Shown here piece after piece: positions 1-13,308 of a DNA stretch of 64,000 nucleotides (position 1 is the stretch's first letter; every line of letters starts with the position of its first letter). The DNA lies in NCBI GenBank assembly GCA_037379345.1, contig CM074511.1, forward strand, positions 3,720,001 to 3,784,000, written 5' to 3'. The translations under genes were made by a program, and so were the position numbers. The notes below the pieces were generated by a model. The model ran no database searches, had not been told where the DNA came from, and worked only from the letters and a program-made list of their open reading frames with translations. This DNA comes from Perna viridis (taxonomy: Eukaryota).

Positions 1-464
1 AGACCAGGGGTATGTCAATGCAATACTTATTATTTCAGTTCAACGTTTTGTGAAACAATTTTCACGGTTGCCGAGGCGAGCTGCTCCAACAATATGATTG
101 TTCCCAAAGAGAAAATCTTTTTTCTCTTTTCATTGATTTCTTCATCCTGTTTTCTTTAAGCTCTAAATATGATAAAGCCAATATGGCGGATATTCACGGA
201 AAACCAAAGGGGCGCTTCCTTTCGGTTTTTTTCGTGGTTTTTGTTCAGTTACAGTGTTATATATGTATTTTGCCATTTGAACATTTGAAAGGAATTAAGA
301 TTGACCATGGTTTGTAAATAATCACAATTAACGGGACTGATACAGAGACATAAACAACACTGCATGCAAAACCCTAATGAAAAGAAGCAAAAAACTTCAA
401 GAAACTAAGCAACCAAAACATCACCTGAATTGTGAACATATACCATGTGAACCTGTACATATAA

Positions 465-1670
465 GCATAGACCTAGCTTGGGAATTGAGAAGGAAAGCAT
501 AGACTTACTTGTGTAATGGTAAGGTAATCATAGATCTAGTTTGTGAATCGGTAAATTAAGCATAGACCTAACTGGTGAACCGGTAGGGTGCCATAGACCT
601 AGCCGTTGAACCGATGGGTGGCCATTGACCTAGCTGGTGAACCGGTAGGGTGGCCATAGACCAAGCTGGTGAACCGGTAGGATGGACATAGACCTTGCTT
701 GTGAACCGGTAGGATGACCATAGCCCTAGCTGGTGAACCGGTAGGGTGGCCATAGACCTAGCCGATGAACCGATGGGTGGCCATTGACCTAGCTGGTGAA
801 CCGTTGGGGTAGCCATAGACCTTCCTGGTGAACCGGTAGGATGGACATAGACCTTGCTTGTGAACCGGTAGGATGACCATAGCCCTAGCTGGTGAACCGG
901 TAGAGTGGCCATAGACCTAGCCGATGAACCGGTAGGGTGGCCATAGACCAAGCTGGTGAACCGGTAGGGTAGCCATAGACCAAGCTGGTGAACCGGTAGG
1001 GTGGCCATAGACCAAGCTGGTGAACCGGTAGGATGGACATAGACCTTGCTTGTGAACCGGTAGGATGACCATAGCCCTAGCCGATGAACCGGTAGGGTGG
1101 CCATAGACCAAGCTGGTGAACCGGTAGGATAGCCATAGACCAAGCTGGTGAACCGGTAGGGTGGACATAGACCTTCCTGGTGAACCGGTAGGGTGACCAT
1201 AGACCAAGCTGGTGAAGCGGTAGGAATGCCATAGACCTAGCCGATGAACCGGTAGGGTGGCCATAGGCCAAGCTGGTGAACCGGTAGGGTGGCCATAGAC
1301 CTAGCCGATGAACCTGTAGGGTGGCCATAGTCCAAGCTGGTTAACCGGTAGGTTGACCATAGACCTAGCTGGTGAACCGGTAGGGTGGCCATAGACCTAG
1401 CTGGTTAACCGGTACGGTGACCATAGACCTAGCTGGTGAACCGGTAGGGTGGCCATAGACCTAGCTGGTTAACCGGTAGGGTGACCATAGACCAAGCTGG
1501 TGAACCGGTAGGGTGGCCATAGACCTAGCTGGTTAACCGGTAGGGTGACCATAGACCTAGCTGGTGAAACGATGGGGTGGCCATAGACCTAGCTGGTTAA
1601 CCGGTAGGGTGACCATAGACCTAGCTGGTGAAACGATGGGGTGGCCCTAGACCTAGTTATGTGTTACGGT
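465..1670. repeat. 32-bp minisatellite, about 37 copies, consensus CATAGACCTAGCTGGTGAACCGGTAGGGTGGC
   Basis: Tandem array read directly; diverged units at both edges. It produces the spurious ORFs 568-1200, 917-1264 and 1077-1328. Confidence 0.97.
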
Positions 1671-4600
1671 AAGATACCCGCCACCTATGCCCATCTTTAA
1701 AATGGTGTAAAGGAATACGTTGACATATATAGAAGTGCACGTAATGAAAATGTTTATATCTGTCAAATTTGTGTGGATGTCTTAAGTGAATATTGCAAAC
1801 TGATAATGACCACTTTTGGTACAAATAATCTGTATTATTTCTGCAAGCCCTTCAATTCTTAATGTGTGTAGAGATTATAACGCTATATGCAAGAGTTGAT
1901 AGAATGATACCACAGACGAATGAATTAGATGGCCATGTTAGGGCTTGGTCATAATAGAATTATACTCTTTGTACCAAGAAAGGTGGTTCTCAGTTTTCTT
2001 GATATTGTTAGGTTATTTTAAAGGAATAGGATTGTCATATAAAATTTATTTTCATTGCAAATTGTTAAACTTTGAACTAAAGTGTAGTGTTGTCATTTTG
2101 GCTTCTTATTCCTGATTGGTTTATAATTCGTTCCTTTGGCGCTACGGATTCTCTAGTTTTTAATTGTCACTCTTGAGTCGCTGAGTATTTATTTAAGAGG
2201 ACTATTTCTTTTTAGGTATGCAATCACCCCTGACCTTAAAAAAGGAATAGTAAGTCTGTTAACGATGAACATTGCAGGGCAAAATACGTCTGACCAACGC
2301 GGATTACTTCGGTTAAATAAAGTCTTGCTAAGTCGGCTCTTCACGTTTTAATGCATTTTCTATTGGGTTATTTTTAATGTTTTCTAGTTCCAGACTAAAT
2401 AATCGTTCAAAACATCTTTTCAGAATTTTATTTTTGCATTCGAAAGTCGAAATTATTGTAAATCTCCAACATAGTGATACATTTTCCATTGATATCATCT
2501 GTCTTTCCAGATATAAACACCCATAATTGCGAGTTGCATTTTATTGTACATTTGTTTATTTACTTTCCGCCATTGTTTCGTAGTTGTCTGTTGTTTTGAC
2601 ACCATCTTTGTCGCTATTATATTTACAGTGTGAAAAACTGTCTATGAATTCCTGTTAAGTCATGTATAATTTATCGGTATCACGGCTTGATCAAGGTCCC
2701 ACTTATATTCCTGGAATCCAAGTCTAGATCGTAAACAATCAGAATTCCATGTAATTTGGCCAATCATATACAGGTGAGAGTGATTGATACATTTGTTGTT
2801 TGAAAATCGTGTTCCTGCATTAATGACCAAATGTAGTTTTTTTACCGATGATCATCAATCAAGTTATTTGATATAATATCCATGTCCCTATTCCTCCAGT
2901 ATTATGTGCCCACTGACGAGGCAGGTGTTTCACATCAATTTCATGCATTTTATAAATTTAAATATAATATAGAAAAAATACTAGTAGAAAGATTGCATAC
3001 TTAAAGTTCTTTTAAAAACAACATACCTTCAAAATTATATTTATCATATAAATTAATAAATATTAGGAGATAATTAACATTTAGTCTCCATTTTTTATTG
3101 AAGATATATTTTGAAATTAAGATAAAAATAGACATGTAAAATACTTGTCAAATTGTTTGTTAAAGAACTACCTATTATCGATTCAGTAAAACTTTTTTTG
3201 TAGAATTAAATAAGTAAATATTAAAATGATAATAACAACAAACATCAACAATAAATAAGAAAAAAAAAAAACATATGCATCATTATGCTATTATTTTTTT
3301 CAAATTTTGGAAATTAAAAAAAAATTTAGCTATCAATACTTCAAGTTTGAATTCGAAAAATTCCCCCAAAATGATATCAGCGAGTGACACATTGGGGATC
3401 GATGAAATGTCGACTGTATTGATCAAGTTTAGTTGATGCAGCTGTATTTACATCAGAGATAAGATGGACAGGGCGTCTTTAAATCGGATCAGAAAACCTC
3501 CATCTTACAATCCTTTTATCAGCAAAAATTCAAACTAGTCCTTTTCTGTAGCGCTCAATAATGTTTTTATCTTCCCATATATAAATGGAACACGCTTCAT
3601 TTCAGTTCTTATTTCGTCTGGTGTATAACTCTCAATTCTACGTTGTTCTAGGAAATATTGTCATTGCTCCTTTTTTCATTTAGATTTTGGACTCTTTAAG
3701 CACTATGGAACTATTGGTAAATGGTGAGTGTAAAGGATGAAAGGTTTGTGTCTTCATTCATTCGACTGATTTTATTTTATATAATACCCTGAAATTTCTT
3801 TATGTTTAGAAAGCATATAAATATAATATTTTACAACTGAATAAAAATTAATTTAGATTTCATGATTTTTAGTATCCTAAATACACACACATCCTTTTCC
3901 TTCGTGGTGCGAGATGCAAGTCAACCCTTCCTTGTCTTTTCAACATATCTTTTTTAAACTCTGCACTAATGCAAAGATATGTCAACGATTAAAGAAAATG
4001 TCTTGTGATCCATTATTTTTAATCAATCCTAAATGTTCAATGAAAACCTAAAGTGGAGACTTCAAAATTATCGTTTTTTACTAAGCATTTTGTTCCTTCG
4101 AAAAGTCTCGATTTGATGTTTTAAAAATGCAATCAATTATGTCAACCTTAATTCCTTATTACCCGTTTTTAATATTTAACTTTTTTATTACTCATTATTT
4201 CTTTTTCCCTGTTTCATGATTTCTTTGTATGTATGTTTTCTCTAGGTTATTCACATGGGCATAATGTACATATTCTGGACATAATTTATCTTTATTAAAT
4301 TATGAGGTTTTTTATGTGTATTAATTCCTTTCAACATAAAATATCTGAACTCTATTCTACTTTTGTACTACAAAATAAAACATGAAATAAACGTTGAATT
4401 GTTTGGTATATTTGATAAAGACTTTTTTAATAACTAAATACATATTGCATCTTCATGTGATATTATATTTGAAAAAAAACATGAACCAATATACGTCAGA
4501 CGTATATATATATATCGAAAGGTCTGAAAAATTCCCAACGATGTACCGTTGATATTCAAATGGTAAAATGTATGTATATATAAAATATATATATGTAAAT

Positions 4601-7600
4601 TATGAATTCCGTCCACGTCTTATGTGATCAATTATCTTACTTAAAATTATGTAAAACCCGAAGATTTAAACGACTTTGAAGTACAAATACAAATTGGAAA
4701 TATCATTATTTACAAGTGTTTAAATTTTGTAGCAGCAGGTCGATGAATTAAGTATCACACTTAACTGATTTGAAACGGATTTTTCAAGTTTAAATTGTTT
4801 CTTTAATTCACTTGATGATAACCGTAGATTTCAGCAGCTTTGATATACCTACTTAAATATCATTTTAAAATTTGTCATAATTGAATGTTTGATAAAGAAC
4901 CTTTTGAACATCTGTGAAAGGGTGATTTCAAATTTCCTTTTTAATACTGCGAAGTAATCGATTTGGTGAGTTAATTGTTATGTAATTGTACTTCAAATCT
5001 ACTCTTAGAATTTTACGACACGTGTAAATGTTTATCAGAATTGTATACTTGTAATTATGATTTAATGCTGCGCACTCACATTTTAGTGTTCTCTAGTCAG
5101 TTTGTGATTTAAATATTTGTTAAATACTTACAGTTCAGTTTGTGTTATATAAATATTTTACAAGATAGGATGCCACAACATTTCATATGAGATACATGTA
5201 ATACAAAGATAAGAAAATAGTATAATTATATAGGTTAGAATGCACCTAATGCTCGGGCAACAAAAAAGTTAAGAACTTACACTGCGTGGAATCAGACCTT
5301 GCCGTAAAATGATACGTATACCGTTTACAATAATTTGTCTGGTTTTGTATACTGCTCTTTCATCAAAATTTTGCACTTTTTAGCTTTTTAGACTGAATTC
5401 CCTTGATAGAATAGCACAGCATTTTAACGATCTAACAGATTGATATTGATAAGGACCTCAAGAAGCTAATGATGAACTCTATTATTCAAATCTTATCATA
5501 ATCGCATAAACAGAATATAATTTTGATAAAACACGAGATATACTTATAAAACGACTAATAAACGAAGTGTTTACATAGGCTTTGAACGTTTTTGATGTAC
5601 ATGATATCATCAGAACATGCAATTTATTCAAAATAAAATATCCTAAGAAATTCTTTGATCTGTTATCATAGATGGTTATTTACATTTTAATCTTAATTCT
5701 TAATAAACCCCATGATGAAATTTGTAAGTAATAGGTTTTTTTGTTAAATTCCTTTGAGTACAATTCGGGACCTAAAAACAACTCATTGGCTCCCTTTACT
5801 TAATGCTGTATCCTAGTATTCAAACAGCGGATCAAAACAGTCGCCCTGTCAGAAAGCTGCACCAACAGTTGTATGAATGCTGGGATTATACAGCCTTTGA
5901 ACGTACCGATGGAGACTGATGCAATATTTAATCTTTTTTAATTCTTAATTTATATATTTATTTCGTAATAATTATGTTTTCTGTGTGGGTATCAGACAGC
6001 TAGTATATTTTTTTTTAACTTTTTGTACGTTGATTTTTTCAGATAGGAGCATTTGTATTTGAATTTTCTTATGGGAAACAAGCAAGTTGATTGAAGAATG
6101 TAGCATCATTTGCAATATGTTAAATATTTGTATGATGTAATTTTTGTAATGGTTCCTTCAAATAAAACACCTTTACGGTGAATGAAATGTTAAAGCGTCG
6201 TTGTAATTATATTCCATAAATCAAAATTTATGTTTTGTAGGCAACTAAGAAAAATATGGGGAACCCTAATTTGCAGCAACCAATGTATTGTAGAATCACC
6301 ATTTACGATGTGTCTTAACGTTAATAGTTGACTTTAAGATCCAAGACCCTTATCACATCAAACCATATCTCTCTATAATGATACAGTTATTGGCCATTCA
6401 TATTAAACTTGTATCGATCCTCGTCTTATCAGCATTGCCAGAAGTTCTTCACAAAACACATACTCCCTTACTGACTCGTCTCCTTCAAAGTAAATTAATA
6501 TCATAATACATTTAATGCTCGCCGATTAATTTTGCGTTATCAAAGTTTTGTAGGACTTTGTCACTTTTGTAACGATTCTTTATTTGGCGTTACAAATTGT
6601 TAATTAGTTCTAACTTTGAAAGATAAGGCAAATGATTTTTAACAAGAAAATGATTTGATTCACCTTTATTGTTTTGTGGAATGAAGACATGTAATGTTTA
6701 GAATCTAAAATATCAGCTTTGATGAAGTGTATAATTAAATCAGTACCATTACACAGTTAAATATAATAACAATTGTTAAGATAAGACTAAAATTTGTAAT
6801 GTTGTAATTTATCATCAAATGTAGTATAATTCTACAGTAATTTGAAAAGGTATTCAGTGGAACAATATTATTACTTTTCCATGAACTTCAATTGCAATGA
6901 AATGACTTTTGCGAAAATGCACTGTTTGAAAAAATGTTGGTTTTTTTTTCTACTGTGCTTTACAAGTGGTGTGCATTTATAAACATACTTAATATAATTT
7001 ATAAATTTGTTCTGCAACATAAAACTATCAACATTTGATGTATTTTTTTTATTTACCAATATGATGTAGAATTAATCAAAAAATATAATTACAAAAAAAA
7101 ACATATGTTTCATGTTTTTATTCCAATTACAATCTTAAATCAGATTTGTGAACCTAACATATTTTAAAGTTTGCTGACATTCTCTGTCCACTCTTCACTA
7201 GTGAAAGTGACCAATAAAGTTTTTAACTTAAATGGAGTATAACCTCTGTAGAAAGTAAATTAAATGTTAGATTATAAATTAGCATATAATCCGGAAATAT
7301 GTTTGCCATAATGTTGCCCCTGCACGCGACCTGCACGAGACCTGAAAAAAAATTTAAAGAGATTTGACGAGATTTTGAGACTTAACTGTCATCTTGATTA
7401 AACAATATGTCAAACCTTTCTCGTTCCGTAAACAGTTGAATTTCGATATTAACCACAAAGTTGTCAAATAAAAGTAATGTCGCTTTGTGCTCTGTCAATA
7501 ACTATGGCTTGGGAGTGAATTTTGTACTCTACATCTCTTTAAACTGCTAACAAATTTCTTTACAATCGGTAAATGTTATTGGCATTATCATTTATTGTAA

Positions 7601-10205
7601 TTCTAAGATTTCCATAGTACTTCAACTAATATTTGATGGATTTAATTTCATAGTTAAGCGAAATCCCTCCGCTAGTTATGTGTTGTTATGTTTTCTTTAA
7701 TTGGCAGTGATTTTGTTTTTAAATGTCTTCATTCCAGGAAATAGACAGAATTCCCTCGGGAACACTGAAGATCTTCGAAATTTACAAAATGGCATCAAAA
7801 AGAAATTGAAGAACGATCAGCTTATCATAGAAAATTGAACGTCACCTTATCTTGATCAGATCAGGGAGAAAACTGCACAAAAATGTCCGTCAATACCAGC
7901 TAACTGCTTTCTAAGTGCTCAGCCGACTACCGACTCTGTCAGTGGGAAAAGGCTATAATAATTGATGAGCCTTATCTATCCCGTCTATCGGAAGAAAAAT
8001 GGCATAAAGATCACCAATCTGACTTGAGGATGAGTCTTGGCGATCTAGCCAACATTTGCCAGTTTTCAATGTAACAATTAGCTTTATTTTTGTCATTTTT
8101 GGAAGCGAAAATGAATCAGGAACATATAAATCATTGTCAGATGAATACATTACTGTTTATAGTTATCATCTTCAGTTGTTTTCTCAAGAAATCTCAATTA
8201 CCTCCAAGAATGTACAACATTGTCTTACGTAAAACACTTTCCATCTTAGATCAATACATACTTAGACTCTTTAGATGTTTGTCACAGCAGAGGGTCAATA
8301 AGGGTTAATAATTTCTTCAAAAGTTGGGTTTGAAATTGTGTCTTATTCGGTGATTTTTTGTTTCATAGAATCAAATTTTACTTAAAGACAAAAGAAACTG
8401 TCATCTTACCAAGCATTCCTTTTATCAATTTAATTCGTTAGACCAACGTTTTCCTTTTTTTTTTTTTTGAATATTAATGCAAACCAGATCCATTTTTCTT
8501 TATCAAACCAAAGCTCTTGAAGGAAACCATTAAATCCAACTAGTTTTGACACTGAAAATCATACTGTACAAATCTTTTGCATCTCAGTATTTGACTCATA
8601 CGTGTCCGTAACCAATTCAAATTGTAAAAAGTACTACAATTCAAATACAAATTGACTAGAAAACATGAAAACTTTCATAAAATTTTAACGGCCAATAACA
8701 TATTAATGCGTTAAGGTAAAGAACAAAATCGTCGACTGCCTCTTAAACCACGGAGTGATCTAAAACCACAATAATATGTGATAAGTTTGAGTCATACCCT
8801 TTAAGTCATGGAAGGTACAAATTTGATTTTCTTTGCTAATTGAACAAATTAAAAGATTGGTAATTTTTGTAAAGGTCGCTGTTGAATTCCAATGTAATGA
8901 CAATCTTGTGTGGTTGGGTGATGTTCTATTTTGTTGATTGAACTTGATAAAATGATATTCTCTTTCGGTCTATGGCGTTAAGTTACATAAAGATGTCTTC
9001 AAATTATTTTTGCAAAAAAAATACCTTTATCTTTTTTAAAACAAATTCCGTCTGTTTTTGCATTTCTTGTTTATTCTTATCTCTGAAAATTCTGTTCTCT
9101 GCTTTTAAATGTCATTTTAGACGTGCGAGGATTGGGTCGAATGTTAGAAAATGTTTTTTGACATGAGTTGTCACAGACTGCAAGGCGGCACATACAAAAT
9201 TTGTAAACTAATTCAATGATAAAAAATAGAGGAGAATCTTATTAGTAAAATAAATTTGCTTGTTATTCCTTGGGGTGTAGATAGAAATAATTGATCGGAA
9301 CTTAAGATGGTCGATCATTTATAAGAGAGATGATAATAGTAGCTTGTTTTCTCCAAGTTAAAATGTCTCTTCGGTTGAGCTACGAGCCTACTGTAGACAG
9401 AAGATAAGATACTCCTGTTGAGCTAGTATACTCTATGGTGGAATGTTCCTATACTGCAACAAAATTCATTTGTCTAATGCGTTTTCAATTTCAATTTTTG
9501 ATACCAAAAAAAAAAACGGAGAATGAATTATATAGGAAGCACATGAAATGATGTCTTCTTAATTCGAAAAAGCCTTTCAATGTTAAAATATAAACAAGTC
9601 ATTCAAAGGGAGGCTTTTTGATAGTACACATTAATGCGTGTTCCCAACGACAATTTTCTACTGAAAAAGGATTTAATATACTAAAATAAATCTTTTTTTT
9701 TACAACCTTAAGGCGTCTGCACTATGCACTTACGTCATTTGAAGATTATAGTTTTTTATTCTGTTGTTTTGAAGGAAAGTTGTGTATCAAATATATGTTG
9801 AATGTGTTTTTAGTCATCGATGTGTCACTCGTAGGACACTATAATGATATGTTTTCTAATAAATCAACTAGATTTTGTTATAATGAATTCCAAGATTCAT
9901 AGGAATTTACTGAATGTGTATAAAAGAACAAGAACCAGTAAAAACATAGTTTGTTAAAAGCGACTTAAAATACATGAATTTTATCAAACAAAAGTGATTT
10001 TTTTATCAATAAATATTTTGATTCAAACAGCAAAATTCAAAATGGCTTACTAACCGAGAGAGTTAAGAACACTGGCCAAAATTGCAATGATACATTCAAC
10101 TTGTTTTATTCGCTACACCTCATGAAATTGGAAGGAATCCGTGCTGTAAAATTGTTTAAAGTTAGGTTATTTGAAAACGGACCTAAAATTATATTGACGT
10201 TTCTC

Positions 10206-10300
10206 CCGTCATTCTGGTAGTGTGGCCTCTGTCGACATTATACATCCAACCTGTCATTCTGGTAGTGTGGCCTCTGTCGACCTTATACCTCCAACCTGTC
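10206..10300. repeat. 45-bp tandem duplication (2 copies)
   Basis: GTCATTCTGGTAGTGTGGCCTCTGTCGAC starts at 10208 and again at 10253. Confidence 0.9.
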
Positions 10301-11084
10301 AATATTACTTCTACTGACACAGAACGACTGAAGAAAAACAAAGGAGAACCTACATGGTATATCTCAAGATCATCGACTGATTTCAAATGAAGTTTACACC
10401 TAGACAGAAAAAGCAAAGCTTAAGATTTTATCAAATGTTGAGAAACGTGAAAATATTGAATAGAGGGTCTTTATCAAGCGGTGGGGAAAATTACTCGATA
10501 AAATCAGAAAATTGTTCGCTACTCAGACCTGCTCCTTATAACAGTAAATTTATAATCTGTCAATCACAAGTTAACACGATTCATAACAATAGTTATCTTA
10601 CTAAGTCAAATATTGAGATAGTTCCAGAAGAACTACCTTACTGACTTTCCATTCAGAAGATTTATCTAGACATTGATACACTGTCGAAATAGATCAGTAG
10701 GGTCTACTTAACTATTTACAATTATGTAATCCATATTTCGATGTACTCAAAATGTCATAATGAAATTTCTATAGTGTCAGACAGTACTTGGTCATATTAG
10801 TGAACAATATATAGTAAATAATATGAATACTATTTATACACCTTGATACGTGCACTGCAAAAAAATGTTTACTTGTTCAAAGTTCTTATTGAAATTAAGT
10901 TTTACAATATTTTATCGGTTACTCTTTATAGCTATCTCCCCTAAGGCTATTTATGCTAAACATTAAGCTTACCTATTCTATTTAAATATGAAAGTGGTGG
11001 GCTCACGAATTAAAGCAGCTTATTAGTCGTTCATTTGTTTAATTTTTTCCGCTAATCATGGTTCTTGACTTGTCTCCAACTTTC

Positions 11085-11386
11085 CTTTTTTGCCTCGATA
11101 TTGCCCTTTCCTTCTTATGACTATTGCCCAAAGTTTGCCTTGCTATTGCCCATTCCTTCTTGTGACTGTTTGACTTTTGCCTAAAGTTTGCCTTACTATT
11201 GCCCATTCCTTCTTGTGACTGCTTGACTTTTGCCTAAAGTTTGCCTTGCTATTGCCCTTTCCTTCTTATGACTATTTGACTATTGCCAAAAGTTTGCCAT
11301 GATATTGTTGTTTCCTTCTTATGACTATTGCCTACAGTTTACCATGATATTGTCTTTTCCCTCTTACGACTTTTGCCTAAAGTTTG
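11085..11386. repeat. Degenerate pyrimidine-rich minisatellite (about 43-52 bp unit, about 6-7 copies)
   Basis: Recurring CCTAAAGTTTGCCTTGCTATTGCCC(A/T)TTCCTTCTT(A/G)TGACT. Confidence 0.9.
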
Positions 11387-13160
11387 TTCATCAGCTCGGT
11401 AACACTTTATTTGATGGATATATTGCGATATAGAATGGGGATCCTGAATTCATTGTACAATAATTAAATATGTATATGGCCACATGCCTCTTATTATGGT
11501 TCCATTCATTTTTCACTGATTTTTTTAAAACAATATTTTGTTGTAGCTTGGACCATATCGTTCGTTTGGGTATAAGGGACCATTCAAATCGACCGGTATT
11601 CATCTGAAATTCCTCTTGAAATATCAGGGTACAAAGTATGATTCTTTTTTTCCGCTAATCTTCTCAAATAATTCTTTTTTTTTTAGTTTATATTTTATTT
11701 TATCCATCTAAAGTATTTAATACCCTCTAAGAAATTAATGTAACTGACATTCTTGCATGACATACAAGTGCCGGTTGGAATTTACGGTCCGTCTAGTACT
11801 CATTTTCGTCTGACTCAGATCAAAGTCCATTACAGGTATTAGGTCATATCAATTGAAATGAAAAAAAATGAAGACTAGTGGTGAAACGGCGATTTGAAAT
11901 GGAAATCGAAAGATGAAGGTTAAAAGCGAAGTAAGAAATATTCTATTTTGTCGTTCACAAACTACAAATGGACATAAATTTAGCGCACGACAATGGTCAA
12001 TAAATAATCATAGTATGAGCACCGTGCTTCGGCACATATGACGTTTATTCCTATCGTTTCTTTCTTGAAACTTGTAGTTGAATTATTCATTTTTTAAACT
12101 TACACAAAACTAATTATTTCATAAAGACAAAACATTTCCAAATGTTTCAAATGTTCACATTGAACTCGTTGCAAGTTCTTATTGTGATGATCTAGTTAAA
12201 TTGGCGTACTTTCCAATGTGTCATTGGATGTTGAAAAACTACGAGACATTTAATAAAAGTTTGAAAACTTTTAGGAATATTTTCCCGTTTTATGTAATAT
12301 AATATATCCACACCACCAATGCGCCTACCGTAAATTGCTAGCATATCAGAAAGCAATGTTATGGAATCCAACATACAAATATTAAGTACATTTTACCTCG
12401 TTTAAAAAATGACATATAATTAACTAGGATTCGTACATCAAATTACTGCAGTGGTTCATAAAAAGATCATTTACTTTTAAAACGAGATACAAATGCATAT
12501 TAGAGTGATATGGTCAAACAGTTCTATTTCAGATACAAGCATAAAAACTGCCGAATTATCCATGGCAGAGCGAACATGGCATTTATCCCTAATGTTTTAT
12601 TGTAGTTTTAAGTGTAAAAAATAGATATAAACATTTTGTTTTCCTATTTTTCTGATAATTTAGTCAAGCTACAAAGAAAATGTTTGAAGAATATTAATGA
12701 ATGTGACTTTTCAGAGATGGAAGATCTTTCAACGTGAATGAACTTCTGATATTATCAGATTTAGATTCGATGCAAATCGAAATGATTTTTCACAGATGAA
12801 CAATAACCGTTTTTACAATGGATCTGGAAAAATCAAATAAAAAGCGTGGAACAAAAAGGTTAATATGTAGTGCTGTCGGGATGATGACTGTTATACATCA
12901 TTTTGGAAAACAATATATAGAGTTTTACAGGATTATCTTATCAATCAAAACTTTATCAGAAAAATAATAATAAAGTTTAATTCTTTTCAATTACAAAAGA
13001 TCTTTGGAGGAATTATAAAATTAGAGTTTATGTATTTTTGAAAGGGATTCGTGGTACAAAAAAGATAAGTTTCTTTTGAAGTTTTCATAAAAAATTCGTG
13101 CCGAAAATTGGTTAAATTAAACATGTGGAAACATTTGAGTATACTACCCGAGGGAATTAT

Positions 13161-13308
13161 TGATAAGGGACATAATCCTGTCTTATAAGTGTCATGACAC
13201 TACGTCAAACATCAGCTGCTCGTGTCTAAACGTCAGCGACGGTAGTCTTATCTATTCAAATTACAGCAGAGATAAGGTTCGTGCTAAGATAAGGCATTAT
13301 TCTTATCG
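13161..13308. promoter_or_regulatory. Candidate GATA-site cluster enhancer
   Basis: WGATAA at 13161, 13248(-), 13270, 13287 plus CGATAA at about 13303(-); E-box CAGCTG at 13213. Motif evidence only. Confidence 0.35.

Noticed and set aside
178-320. YY1-like AATATGGCGG with a short ORF
   Set aside because: ORF closes after about 44 codons with no recognisable product or downstream exon chain.
568-1328. Three overlapping ORFs up to 210 aa
   Set aside because: They are translations of the 32-bp tandem repeat; the same peptide cycles through all frames.
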